Shown: positions 22,301-35,918 of the stretch, piece by piece | Layout: each line of letters starts with the position of its first letter | Numbering within the stretch: position 1 is the stretch's first letter | Assembly: GCA_051294905.1 (NCBI GenBank) | Contig: CM119381.1 | Coordinates: forward strand, 16,864,001 to 16,928,000 | Length of the DNA stretch: 64,000 nucleotides | From: Botryllus schlosseri | Taxonomy: Eukaryota | Direction: 5' to 3' | The notes under the pieces: generated by a model | The model's database searches: none | Told to the model about the DNA's origin: nothing | Seen by the model: only the letters and a program-made list of their open reading frames with translations | Translations under genes and position numbers: made by a program

Positions 22301-25300
22301 CGACCAGTAATGCGCGCGTATGGTATAGCGACAATGCTGCGCAAACACACTAACCTAACCGCAGTTTTCTCGTTATCACTGAACGGGAGTATACGTAAAA
22401 CCGAATGATTGCATCGGTATCAACGTAGCAACATATTCAAATCAGCAATTCCATTGATAAGCAAATGTCACAAACATGAGTAAACAGCAGAGGCGGTCAG
22501 TAACGAAGTACTTCTATTATTCCGAGTACTCAAGTGGGCAAATTGCACTATACTTGCCCAGTGCGCACTTTGAGACTACGTTCGCTTCTATTTGAATGAA
22601 CAGTTTGAATGAACAGGCAAAGGTGCTTTTCAAAATTTGACGAGTGAAATTGGCCGTAAGAAAAACCTACATCACGGTAACTGTATTTATTTCAGACAAT
22701 CATATTAGTAGTGTTATTACAGTCAGCTGGCCACCTCTCGATCAAACCTGCTTTTTGAATTTTCTCGAACACTTTTCAGAACTCTCCACTTGATATAGTT
22801 TTGGCGCGTCTTGGCAACTGCTTGCAATTGGGTAGAATTCGGTAACTGAATATATTTTCGAATAATTGCACCACGTTCCATTTTCAACTTTTACCAGTAG
22901 TACTTGTAATCGAGTAAAAAATCATGAATTAATCTACTTCTACTATTGATTGAGACTATAGTTTGACTTCACCTGGTAAACAAACCTAAACACCCACCAG
23001 ATTCCGGCGCCAGCAGAACGTAAGTCGCATTGACTTCGCCCAGCGCGTTCCGAGAAACGCAAACGTACGACGCGGGCCGCGATTCCACCAAAGACCCGAC
23101 GCGCAGGACAGACGTATTTCCGGACGTTCTGCTTCCTGCAAGAACGTAACAACAGGCGTCGCAACAAAAATCCCTACACCAGACACATCGCGCGAAGGAA
23201 CGCAGCTCACCGTTCGGGAAAATCCAAGCGTAGAGCGGCGCTGGAAAACCCGATCCTTCCGCCGAGCATTCCAGCGTGTCGCGTGATCTCGCGACTGTGG
23301 CAGGACCGGGAGGGTAGTGAACAGTGACGTTGGCTTCGGCCGTAACGCTGCCGGGGACGTAATTGAACGCCACGCATTTGTAAGACCCAGCTTGGTACCG
23401 CGAAACGTTTCTGAGCGTAAGCACCGGTCCCGGCGTCAATTCGCGACCTACAATAATACATATTTTTTTATGCAAGCTTGCAAACAACATCAACTCGTCC
23501 AGTTCAGTTCACAAATAATTTCATCATTTCAGAACACCACAGTAGCGCGACACAATGAAAAGGAGTCGAAACGAATTGGAGTTGTCTTTCAATCAAAGAC
23601 CTACCTCGGCCTAGCCCTAAAAAGAGTAAATTACAGGCATGTATACTGTGCGTGTATGTATATTGTACACTGAACGTTGTACAGACACAGAGATTTGAAA
23701 CTAACAGGAGACAGCAAAAAGGATAATCGATAACACGAGGACAAGCATACGTCTTCTCGCTGTATTAACAAACTCAGATCGCGCTCGGTCTGAGACTTAA
23801 ACGCGTCTAATCTAAATTGCCAGGTGCGCCAAACCGCATCGATAGAGCTGTTATTCGAGCCTCGGGCACGCGACATCCCGCGGGTCGTGCGGCGTGCATC
23901 AAACGCGCGGGGTTCATGCCAAATACCACAATTTTTAGCAAAACAAGTCGAGGTTTCAACGACAATCGGGAGGGGAACAGCGTATAATTTGTCAGCATAT
24001 ATAGCATAGCGGTCACGAGGAAGATAAAGTTTAATGACATCACCGAACCAGACAATATTGTAATTACCGTTATTCGCTGACGCCGGTTCAAAGGAGGGCA
24101 TCACGTGCCAAATTTCAAATCCTCGAAATTAAAAAAATGAAATCGAAAAAATCTGTAGTACGCGCGATCAACTGAACGCTTCACATTAAGTTCGCTGTCG
24201 ATGATAATGATTCGCGAGAGTTTATTTCAATATTCCTAATACAGAAAATTCTACTACGTGTAAATTTTCAAAGCCAAATTGTTTCGTCGACTCCATGCGA
24301 TATTGCGCTCGTCTTCGTGTGTTGCAGTGATCGCTGATAGGCGAATACGTATCGGGGTCGTTTGAGGTTTACGGTTGCTACCCGACGATCTCTTTCATAT
24401 CCGCCATATATTGCCCGGCAAGGAGCGCAAATACAATTTTGTTCATTATCGCGACATAAGCTCAATTCCTGCTCGCGGAGAAGGGACACAGCGACGCCTC
24501 GGCGGAAATACATCCTCGCAATCGCGGGACACGTAATAACACTGTAGAGGCGCTACACACACGGTCTGTGAATGCATATACGCACAATACATACAGGTAT
24601 TCCGCAACGACCATGAAAAGCAGGACATTCAATCGCTGAAAAATTATTTCCGATGCGAGCCCGAAGTAAGACATCAGTACATCAGTATCCGGTTGAACTC
24701 CGGTTCACTTGATAAGGATAATTTTACCTTCGAAAAACCACCTGTAGGAACTCGCCGGTGCAGCAACCGCGTTACATTTCAACGTGACGTCACGCCGCTC
24801 CCGGACAGCCGGAAACGGATGCACGGATATGCTGACCGAACCCGGAACTGGAGGATCTACGATTGAAATGACATAATAGAGATAAAACAAGATCAACCGG
24901 CTGACAAATAGATCTCACAATGCACGACGACGCGTATCGTTCTTTCCACGGACCGGACATACCCGGATATCGGATTCAACAAGTCCAAACGGCACGCAAA
25001 AATACTTCCGTCGATCGACCTTGTCACCTCCGATACGCGTAGCGTCGACTTGACTGCCATCTTTTCGTCGGACACCCGAGTCGTGACGGAGAAAGCTGAA
25101 ACACGGTTCAGATTGAATGAAAAACGCTCTCATCCGCAGCGAGCAGAGGTGGTTAATGTAATCGGCGCGGTGTATCTTAAAGCGCCGTAGTAATCAGGTC
25201 ATTGCGTTATCATTGCTTCCAATTTAATAGTTTCATTTTAAAGCAACTGTTAATGACCAAGTTCTTATATTGCCATTCATAATGCATGCTGGCTGCTCAA

Positions 25301-28300
25301 ACTAACGGATTGCAGAGCCTATGTAACAACAGTCTCGAGTGCATTGCATTGCATTGCATTGCACATAATGTCCGGTCAATACCGAGAAAATCATTACCGA
25401 GAAAATTATTACCGAGAATGCATGGTATATGAAATGCAGGCATGTTATGCATATGTATACAGGTTGCGTGTGTGCGCATCACGGCTTTGCCACATTCGGA
25501 TCGATTCTCAGATATAAATTTCTCGACAACGCCGCCCCAGTAAGTTAGATTCTTTGCGTTGGCCATTCTCGGTAAAGGTTTTCTCGGTATTGGTATAGAA
25601 CCATTTCAGACGATTGTTACGTTTTCATACGTAAAAGCGACGAGAACTCATCTCTGAACTACTTTCTACTAAAAAGGGGTTTTGCCTAAAAACTGTTTAA
25701 GTAGAAGTAGAAGTGGTCGTAGTCGAACAGCACAGCCACTCTTGTACTGTACGTATAGTGCGATCAAGCAAACCTATTTGAGTATAACAAAATGTAGATG
25801 TACTTCGCTGGTCGCCATCTATGGCCGCGAGCAAATCACACTTACTTTTGAATCGAGCCGAGTCGGGGCGTATCCGGACGCCGTCTCGCGTCCATTCGAA
25901 CGTCGCTTTGGCGCGGTTTTTCAATTTGGCGGCTTCCAACTCCGCCGCGCAGTCCATGTCGTAATCGGTCACGCCGAGCGGAATAGCCGTGTCGTACCGC
26001 AAGCCGGTGGAGAGTATGGTGGCTGAAAAAGACAAGCATCTCGCTATAGTCCGTGGTTCTCAACCGGGGGTCCGCGACGCATTTTCGGGGGTCCCCGAAA
26101 CCTCGCAACTTCCCAAATAGTTTTTTTTTTATAATTCGGGAAATCACGAGACCGTTTCTCTTCATAAATGCTAAAACGTCAGGACTCGCATCAACAGTAC
26201 AGCCCCCTGAAATCAAATATCCTATTCAAGAGTGGAAATTCATAAAGCAGTGGCTCCCAAACTTTTTGGATGTCTGAGCCGCATTTCAAACTTCAGATTA
26301 CGTATGGAGCCGCATGATTACGCTACTCATAACTCTCGATTACTCGATTAGGCTACCTATAACAAAAATTCAACGGCAGCTACGCCCACCTCTGGATCTC
26401 ACCATCCAGCTATATAATTCAAAAGCATGCGCATTGACTTCTATAGATTCTACATCGGTTATTATAGCATTGATAGACGCAGATTGGCGAGTGCTATCCA
26501 TTAAATAAACTGAAAATGCATATCATTACTACTACAACATACTATTATGTCGTTATGTCATAGCTCTTCAGTCTTCATACATTCCAGCACTTGATGGCCA
26601 AGTTTGCGTGGGATTATACGCGAGTAACATTAGACTTCTTGCAATTTATACTTGAGTATGAGCCCTTAGAGGATATTTAATGTTAGTGAAATCGTGCCGA
26701 AATTTATTCTTCGCAGAGACGATATATGAAGGTCTATGATCAACTGAACTCAAGATATGACGTTTGCGGTATGCGTTCAACGCTAGTTTGTGGGAATTCT
26801 CTTTCCCGGTTTTCAGAAGCGGCCTTGGACCGCTTCAGACATGACTCATATCCCTCATCTTGGCATTCATCAACAGAAATTGTTTAGAACTATTCATAGA
26901 AACAACCGACCAACAAATGTCGTCTATTAAATTTCTGTGGCATAGTTAAAGGTCAATCAAAGCCGCAAGAAGGCTACGTTGGAGAAACGTATTGCTGTTG
27001 AGAGATGTTTTGTTAGGGTTTCTGGAAAAAATTAAAAATTGGGGTAGCAAGGTCAATCAGGGCGACTTCGAAATGTTTGCAAAAAATTGATTCTCTCCCG
27101 TGATATTCACTATTCCAGAAGAACTTCAAAATGAGCCGCTAGATAGAAATAACTAGGCTGGACGTTATATGTTGATTGAAAAATTTGTTTCTCAAAAGCT
27201 GTCGTCGGAAGCGTGACGCGTTATTATTACGTTCGAAAGCACCTATCTTCTCGGTAACAACATTCGTTCAAGTCAAAACGAAGGCGCGGATTTTCAAGAC
27301 ACGACAACGTGTTTCAAGAAATGCAGCTGCAGAGTTCGCTTTGAATAATAAAAGTCCGCCCAATTTCTACATAAATAGTGTTATTTTCAAAAAGTTATTT
27401 GTTGCTGTTCTTCACCCGCTTACAGTTAAATTATTTGCAAAAGACCAAGGACGGTAGCACGATAATTGAGCTAGATTTGAACTAAAACTGGGAGGGTCCG
27501 CGGGGGGTCTTTGCCGGTTCGAAAGGGGTCCGTGAAGACAAAAAGATTGAGAACCACCGCTCTAGTCCTCGCAGAATGATGGCACAGTGTTTTTATCGCA
27601 ATGTGCATATACAATGACACCGCCGGCAAAGAAAAACCGCCCGATATTGGCGTGAAGGTATTCGAAGACGGCGGCATCGCATTATGCATATCGCTTCATC
27701 GATCAATCGCAAATCGTTTTGGGAATTCTTTCGACACCCACGTAGCACCGCGTCGTTAACGAAGCGTATTTGAAATCTGAGGTTTCGTATCAAACAGCCA
27801 TTCCCAGAGGTGGTGTCGGTAACGAAGTACTTTTACTTTTGAGTAGCTTTCACGTATACTTGCACTCGGGTGGTTGATGTTTTAGATTTCATACACTTCA
27901 GCAAAACTTCTTACTTTTTACGTTTTGGGTTGTGTAAAGTAGAAAGTTTCGCGATAAGTTGGCATCGCTTTTACCAGCGAAATTGTCACGAAAACAGCGC
28001 GAAATAGCCCCCGTGTCACGATAACTCAATATATTTTCGAATATTACATCTATTTGTAGCGCAATGTTGCATCAGCGGCAGTACCCATTTTCTACTTCAT
28101 TCTCGAAAGCCTAAATATGGCTCAGGAATTCTTTTACTTGTAATTGGGCAATAATTTACAGCGTTATACTAATACACGAGTAGCAACGGTAATTACATTT
28201 GATTCTGCGTCCATTCTCTGATATAATATTGCGCGATTAACGTCTGTCTCAATATTGAGATCCCCAATAATCGAATAATCCATAAACCGGCTATCGTATG

Positions 28301-31300
28301 ACAACGGTGCCATTGTGCAACAAGGCAAATCAGCGTGGATCATAATCCATAATCAGTAATCACACAGCACGACCGCGCCTAATCGTAAGCTACTCACGTA
28401 GTGATTTCGATCGTTTGATGTCGACGACCGCGGTCGCGCCCGGCCCGATGTCGTTCTCCGCCCGGCACACGTATCTTCCGCTGGATTCGGTCGGAGCGGA
28501 CTGGTCCACGTAGATGTGCTTCGCGCCGACTTCGACGCTACCGTTGGGTCTCTTCCACGAGATTACGGGCGCCGGGTTTCCGACTGCATTGCAAGTGAGT
28601 CGGTTGCCGTTTACCACGATTTCCACGCGAGGCGAGCCTGTCGAAGGATATACAATAAGCTTGATTTCGTCGGAAATACCTATAGGCGCAGAAATATCCA
28701 CATAAGTACCAGGACTGGCAATGCATTCGCGGCGCGCACAGACAGCATATGGCGGCATTTGAATCGTTTCTGCAGATAGCATATTTTCAACGCATTTATA
28801 TCATAAACAGATTCAAAACAAACACGTTTAAAACATGGCTTTTGTTTACAACATGTTTTTTTTAGCCAGTGCGTCATGAATCTTGGACTTGTGACGTCAC
28901 ATCGGATTGACATCGACAATCACAATACAAAATATAGGATAAATATCTCACTATATTTTTGACGAAAATAGCTTCCGACCCCCATCTTAAACATACCAAA
29001 AACTCATTTTCGACCAGGACACATCAGTATGCAACATCAGATCACCCATTCCGTATAGTCATCATCATCAGATCACCCACGTGCTATAGCTGATGAACCG
29101 ACGACGATTTCAAGGGTTCTGACCATTCTATATCGTATATATTGACTACCGTAATTTTCCGAATATAGTGCGCCCCCATGTATAATACGCACCCTTAAAA
29201 TGACGTGTATATTCTGGGAAAAGGCCTGTACCCATGTATAGTACGCACCCTGCATTCGCAGTGCATGAATAGCTGTGTTTTAGTACGCGATGTTGTTCTG
29301 TTTTGCGATGTCACTGTCGAACAATCATGACATAATGATCGCTAATCATAATACAATTAACGGCATTGTCTCTAAACGAGAGTAGATAGTAGCCAAAGCC
29401 TGTGAGGTCGGCGACGCGATAGTTCAGGCTAGTGACACACGACATCTTGCGCACGAGGCCTATTACAATTACAGATGCGATTGCTCAGGCCAACGGTTAT
29501 GTCGGGCGCGCCAGTCCTGTTGGAGACCCGACTGATTACGCAAGCGATTATATCTTGCGCACATGGCCTCTTGTGTATGCGATTGTCAAGGCCTGTCGGT
29601 AACGCGATGAATCGAAAAGGATTGCCGCGCACGCTTGTAGCAATCAGCGACCTGATTTCGCTCGCGTACAAACTGCAAACCAACTCAGCAAGATATCGCG
29701 TGCTTTGCAGACGACTCTCGTTAATTAGAAACACGCTTTTCGTTAATTGGCTACATGTTTCTCTATTTGGCGCCGCGTTACAGTCTATAATACGAATTAC
29801 GGGGCCCAATGGCTAGAGCTGATGCGAGATTTAAACAAACATGAAGAAAGGTGTGATTTCAAGTTTAAGATCGAGGGATTTTTTTTCAAAGCTTGCTGTA
29901 CCCATGTATAATACGCACCCCCCTATTTTAGGGCAAAAAATTGGTAAAATTTTGCGCATTATACATGGAAAATTACGGTATATCCGGTGAAAATCGACTG
30001 AAGGCTATACCACAGGTTATTTTTGGAAATATTTACACAATTATGGCATAGTTATACAAATTTGAAAGAGAAATAAAATCAAACGGCACTTTGAAACATG
30101 TTTTGAATAATGTGTTTCAAAACACCATTAGTTTTATATGCAACACTAGTCACTACCATATTTCCGTTACATGTATAAGGCGAGTCGTCTCCGAGCTAAT
30201 TACATTGCCGGCGTGGTCCGCATTCCCGCATGTATAAATACGATAACAAATACAAATACACTGGTGAAATCGATTTGATTAGCCAGATTTGAATTCGGTG
30301 GATTTACGGTAGAATTCTCGGTCGCGGGCGTTAAGTAGAAAACGTGAGGTCTGCAGAAGTAACTCCGGACAATAGCTAATCGCCTGTGACAGATGCAAAA
30401 CCGTCAAGATTTGCGACTGACGCAAAAGACTATTGGGCGCTACGATTGCGATGCAATGAAAAGATGCTTAGCTCGGGGAACATAATTATACGGGTGTTAT
30501 ATCGACCTCGCTCGTTAAATTATTGCAAGCGACTGTCCGTGCTCCAGTTGCTAAATCTAAAATATAAAGAGTTCTAAAGCTGTTGAAGAACACGTGGGAG
30601 CAGTAGTACCCGAATACTCCTAACAGATGAATTTCATCACTTTATTCATCACAGAACCTCCCGTCTCTAACGGAGTCGAGACATGCTTTTCTTCCATTCG
30701 CATATTCATTCGAACCATTCTTGATTTTGATTAGATTTTGAAAGCCGTCGAAGTTTTGTGAAAATGAACAATATTTTTCGGAGACCTCGCTATGCAAAAG
30801 GCACGCAAAGCAATGACCTTGCAGTAAAGTGTAGCCAGCCACTATAGCTTTTAACCTACTGTAAGCGTTGTGGTGACGCGATGCTTCAGTCGGGAGCAAT
30901 AAGCTACGAACGAATCCCTACAGATTTTTTGTCAGATGAATGTAAAGATTTTATGCCGGCACCGTATATAGTGACAATCTCACGACATCTCGAAACATTG
31001 ACACACTTACACAGTCGATCAACATCGACTCTTCCTTTCCATTGCCCGTGCGGAAATCCTTTATGCGCGACAATACACGTGTAACCGGCAGTTAGGTCTC
31101 GCTGCAGAAGAGGCTCGGTAGAATTTTCGTACCTTCCCGTAACGCCGGGTCGCAACTTGAGCGAGGACGTCACGTCGTACGTACCGTCGTCTAAAACCAC
31201 CTCCACGTTGTCGGATATTTGAGTTTCCTGTATTTGAGCGGTGAACAAACGATGCGTCAATATAGATTAAGGTCGTAGTCGCATTGTGCGTACTTCTGTC

Positions 31301-34300
31301 ATCGCGTTAATCCATCGAACGGCAGGCAGCGGTTTTCCGCCGTTTGCTCGGCACACGGCCGCTTTATATAACCCGGAGCTTTGGTTGACTGTCGGACTCG
31401 CGATCGGTTGTACCGACGAATCGGGAACGGCTGAAACGTGGAACAGTGTGGGTGATCAGCATCGATATACGAGAACAAATGCGAGTTCTATCTAGGCAGC
31501 ACGCAAGTTGGAATCATCAGTGCAACGGTCCCGCATTATATAGTGTATGTGTATGCCGTCTTGAGGAAATAATATTAGCTGATTGAATCCAGCTCCAGCT
31601 GACATACAAAATGCAAACACGTATCACGGTTTCAAGTGCGATTTACCTTTCGACCAGTTTTAATGAAGTCTTCAAAGGCGTTGATTGACTACCATTAGTC
31701 ATTACGTAGGTCACTAAACTTCTACCACGATTCAAGGCACCGCACCCTCGCGAAGCCATTGATAATTCGACTCCAGTTACACAGGATAACCCCGTTACCG
31801 ACTGCCCTACAGCGATTACGACCGATAAAGTAAACATTACGCAATCAATTATCATTAGGCACCATTCCGCAGCGAGGATAATCCGCGAAACATACGCCAC
31901 GCGTTGGTAGCCGTATCGTCCCACAAGGATCACATATATTCTTCAAGGATTTCGAATGTTCGCAACGAGTCGTTTCATAACCTTACATTCTGTAATCGAC
32001 AGATTATACGCAACGAATTATGCCGAATGTTTTACGCGTGAAGGTCCCCATGTCCAATGCGCAACAATCCGATTACATCGCATTCATTGTTCAATTCCAT
32101 TTATGATTATTGTAATTATTAGAGCTAGTCTTGTTATAACCAGGGATCGGCGCTCATGTGTTTACAAATTGGGGCATTTGTACCGTTCATTTCACACGGA
32201 CATATAGAAAATGTAAGCGCAACTTCATAATGCAACTAAAGCCAGAACTTGTATGTCATCATACGTTACTGCACTAACAAAGCCAGATTATTGGCGTTGT
32301 CCTCTTAACACATTACGTGCAGTAGCCTACGCTTGCATATTATCTGAACGAGCCGGCTATAGGTTGGATTCACGTTTGACCAATAATATAGTGCGCTGAA
32401 AGTTGGCGTTTTAAGGCGTCTGTCATTTCTAAAATCTGATTTGCCGGGTCGAGTCTCATGCAGCGCCCCGGATCTGTTGCAAATCCGATAGGCATCGATT
32501 CGTAAACGAACGGCGCGTTACAACGTATTGATTTCCGCGGAAAATGCGTAATCATTGAAACGGAATCATGCAATAACCCGTCGAATCAAAGCGGGAACAT
32601 TTGTAACAAATTCAATGACAGCCCATAGATCGGCACGACGTGTAACAAGTTCTCCCACGAGACCGAAGCACCGAACGTTATCGAATTACAAATCGTTAAA
32701 AAATGCCAGAATCCGGCTACCGGTGTCATCAGATAGATTTTGATCTTTGGAATCAGAAATCTTAGTATAGGCAAATGACAATTATTTATTTCGATATTTC
32801 AATTTCCAAAAGCTCTATCGCTTGAAAATGCATCTTCAAAGGGGTTCGATAAGGAAACTACACTTGCAGGTCGACATCAGATACAAGGAAGCAAGTACAC
32901 GCACCATACACTTCTACGTCCACGTGATTGGTTTTTGATTTGCCCAGCAAAACTTCACAAGTGTATCGACCGGAGTCTTGCAAGGTCAAATTCCAAATAT
33001 GCAGCACTGGCGGCTCAAAGCTTACTCTTCCCGCCAGCGGTTCATACTCCAGCCTGCAAGAAATATGTAGGTTTAGGTTGCAGGGTTGCCAGATAGCACC
33101 GAGACTTCACGGTCAGACAATCGTTTACAGCGACGCCATCAAGGGAATCGTGATTTAGCATTGGTAATGCTTGTTCAACGCCTTTAACCACAAGATTTTC
33201 CTGAAATACTAGTAGCATCACGACATACTAAATGAGCATAGTACACAATGCACAATTCGACATACATTACCATTAGTCGCAACCGCGTTCGATGGGTACA
33301 AACTTATTAGGTGGCGTTAGCCGTTAGGCGCATAATCTGTCAAGTATAGTGCCAGACCAGCCAGATGATTTGGATGTCAAGCCTACTCATTTTCACGGTC
33401 CACTTCTTCTTCAACTATGACAACGAAAATTTGTTTTCAGCTCATCAAGATCAGTGACAAGTGTTGTTTTGTGTTGTTTACTCACGCACCTAGGGAAGTA
33501 TTTGAGATTGGTTAGAAGAAAGTTACAGTTGACATATTGGTTTCGTCCTATGAATCGTTATCTTGTTTCCATAGAATATTGGGTCTGGGTTACTTTATTG
33601 GCTGCCCACTGCAAAAGCCGGTTTGTAATGCCTAACACTAACCCTACGATTCACCATTTAGGTTACTACCTTGGATTCATGAGCCCGGGTCGAGTTTAGA
33701 TCGTTTAGGCACTGTTGGAATTCGCGATGCCACTGCGCTAGCCGATTCATTCGAAAATTTGCCTGGTTCGTCTTTGCGTCACTTTAGTTGGGATGTAGGG
33801 TCGTTAAATTCTACAAATGTAACTCGACGAGCGTACGCAGAGATGAATTCCATATTTTCAGCTTAATTCAAGCCTAATCAGACTATTGAAACTGATTTAT
33901 CTTAATATATAACGACATTTGAAATGAAGAAAATAATTTGGCTCCATTTCAGTCAGTTTGACACCATCATACGAAAAAATCGGCACCCAGAGCTGTCCCG
34001 CAGTTGGCAACCCTGGTGGAAGACATAATCTAACAACCAGGCAACGGGAAAACTAAAAAGGCTGCTAGAATACTAGCAACTATCAGAGAGTAGGGTATCC
34101 GCTGTTTAATCTGCGAGATTCGCAGGTGTCGGCACACATAAGGTTATTTCATCGAGTCGGCAGCTTCAAAGACACTTCATCCGTATTCATCATCCGCAGT
34201 TTTATATAGTGGATACCTGGTAGCTCTATTAGACAAACTCATTGCCTTTCTTCGTCACATACTATTATCGCGAACCCGCGGCTCCTAATGCTATTATAGA

Positions 34301-35918
34301 GGTAACAGGTGAACTGCCCAGTTATTATTAACGCACTTTGTAAAAGCCTTAACATATTTACGTAATAGCCGTTTCCCTACACCACAAGTTCTATGTGACA
34401 ATCTGCGAGCAAACGCGATATAGCTACACAGTTATAGACCACCAATCTACCATATTGCATTCATGGCGGGTCAAGATCACCACCTGAAAACTACGGGGTT
34501 GACTGTCTGATAGCGGAATTTCATATCCCAACAACACCCATGTCGAATTTCATCGTTAATTCCATATCTTGAGATAGGCGTCTCACCTACTCGAGCCAGC
34601 TGAGTAAAGAAACCGTACTGATCCTAGTCGGCGCTATATCAACGCCGACTTTTCAACTATACAACTTCGTACCGATGACAGCTCGGCGCTCAGGCATAAG
34701 CAATAATGTAACCGTGGATATCGCAAGGACATTGGAGACTTATTGTCTCGCGCGGGGTCGACGTAGGCAAAACTAGAATAAGTTCCCTGGATAAAATCTT
34801 CCATCGTGATTTCCTGGTTACTGCGATTGTGAAATTCGGACCGGGCGAGCCAGAATCCAGTCGGTCAGGCCGCTTCTTGCTGCAAAACCTAGATAATCGC
34901 CATTTGATTGTCTGAACCAGTGATTTTCAACCGCCGGTACGCGGACCGGGACCGGTCCGTGGCGACTTTTCTACCGGTTCGCCAGACGGATTAGAATTTT
35001 ATGCTTTATTTCTAAAATGCAAGATGTCGAAGGCCAGTTCGCCAGTTCCATAATTTACAGCGTTGTGAGGTAACATTAGGTCTGGTAACATGTTCGATTT
35101 GACTTGAAGTTTAAGCCGTCTCCGGTAAGGATATGCGAACAAGTACGAGCTGACTCGCCAAACCGCGCAGTTCGCACGATCATTCGTTTTCGATTAGTTC
35201 ATTTTGTGGATGACCAGGCGCAAAGTTTTGCTGTTCGCATGTGTCTGTCCGCAGCGCATTGCATCGTAGTACGCCCGGTTGTAGTAATGGGTAAGGTAGC
35301 AATGGGTAAGGTAGCACGACAGTGTGCTTAGTACGGCTACGAAACGCTTCTCTGGATATTGTCCAAGAGAATAATATTATTTGAGTTGGCGTGGTTGGTT
35401 GGTTAATCCAATGCTTTTGGCGCAAAAGACTGTAATCAACTCTCGGCGGTAGCAGTAACTGGGCAAGGCAATTTACCTCTACTTTTTACTCTATTTTATG
35501 ATCAAACCCTCAAAATGTCACTCTCTAGCACCATTCTTGCAAAAAACGGTTGGATACTTTACATTTTGGGTAGATTTCATTTTTTAAAGATCCACCGGTC
35601 CGCCAAATATTTTTTGAAATTTTAGGCGGAAAAGGTTGAGAACCACTGGTCTGAACCTCAGCATTTACTAGTAGAACAGTATCGCGATACTCACTGTCCA
35701 GTCTTTCCATTAACGTAATTGAAGATATTCACAAAGCTGCCCGAATCGGGATCCCTTCTCCTCAACATGTATACAAAATCCTCGACGTTAGCTTCTTTGA
35801 TATCGCATCGGAACGTGGTTTCGCCTCCGACCGGATACTCCACAGATGCCACGAAAGTCATGGCTGAAAGGAGCACGGCTATAGAGAAAACCGGCCTGCA
35901 CCGCGAGCACATATCCAT
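19385..35918 (-). CDS. Ig-superfamily type I membrane adhesion/receptor protein (nectin/Kirre-like): signal peptide, 6 Ig domains, TM, long tail with a C-terminal PDZ-binding motif; about 964 aa
   Basis: 13 in-phase exons: 35695-35918, 32905-33053, 31294-31430, 31011-31227, 28398-28637, 25846-26022, 24919-25095, 24728-24856, 23211-23447, 22998-23135, 21833-21977, 20994-21146, 19385-20156 (2895 nt). Signal MDMCSRCRPVFSIAVLLSAMTFVAS; V domain FRC..LQDSGRYTC; nectin-like D2 AVCRANGGKPLPAVRW..GYTC; I-set domains LTCNAVGNPAPVISW..GRYVC, LKCNAVAAPASSYRW..GSYKC, LECSAEGSGFPAPLYAW..YVC; TM FAVVIAALFLVALIVAALCVL followed by KRR; ends QSLTLV*. Confidence 0.88.
22486..22975. mobile_element. MITE of the CAGAGGTGG / AGTAGAAGT-rich family (representative copy)
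   Basis: The terminus CAGAGG(C/T)GGTCAGTAACGAAGTACTTCTA recurs at about 27807, 46528 and 47430, and inverted at about 47071, 48114 and 54002. Fragments lie at about 8040-8330, 10260-10400, 44880-45100, 48390-48560 and 58030-58150. Confidence 0.65.
25377..25592. mobile_element. small MITE with ATTACCGAGAA subterminal repeats, preceded by (GCATT)n at about 25338-25366
   Basis: CAATACCGAGAA at the left end and TTCTCGGTATTG at the right end, with internal direct copies of ACCGAGAA. No TSD was identified. Confidence 0.6.
26051..27559. mobile_element. hAT-type non-autonomous element, about 1.5 kb, in an Ig-gene intron
   Basis: Termini CCGTGGTTCTCAA / TTGAGAACCACC with GGGGTCCG subterminal motifs at both ends; near-TSD GCTATAGT / GCTCTAGT. 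Confidence 0.65.
28787..30148. mobile_element. TAGGGTTGCATTT-family hAT MITE split by a nested Tc1/pogo-type MITE
   Basis: 28790-28960 and 29981-30148 align with the left and right halves of 13692-14140. The right terminus is TATGCAACACTA and the left terminus is degraded. Confidence 0.7.
29149..29978. mobile_element. Tc1/mariner (pogo-like) MITE, 830 bp
   Basis: Perfect TIR CCGTAATTTTCC / GGAAAATTACGG flanked by TA on both sides; CCCATGTATAATACGCACCC subterminal repeats. Confidence 0.85.
33081..34015. mobile_element. possible hAT-type element with CAGGGTTGCCA termini
   Basis: 11-bp inverted termini CAGGGTTGCCA / TGGCAACCCTG; no matching TSD. Confidence 0.45.
34918..35648. mobile_element. 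hAT-type MITE, 731 bp, in Ig-gene intron 1
   Basis: TIRs CAGTGATTTTCAACC / GGTTGAGAACCACTG; exact TSD GTCTGAAC (34910-34917, 35649-35656). Confidence 0.9.

Noticed and set aside
31095-31140. Possible micro-intron in Ig exon 4
   Set aside because: The 31-nt version creates a stop. The 42-nt version is below the 55-nt minimum seen here. The frame is open without splicing.
34700-34880. Candidate second V-domain exon (KKRPDRLDSGSPGPNFTIA)
   Set aside because: Exon 32905-33053 completes the V domain with the canonical DSGRYTC and correct phases on both sides.
19385-35918. Identification of the Ig gene as a known tunicate allorecognition gene (e.g. fuhc-tm) or a specific KIRREL/nectin ortholog
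   Set aside because: The domain count differs, I cannot verify sequence identity, and none of the neighbouring genes supports it.
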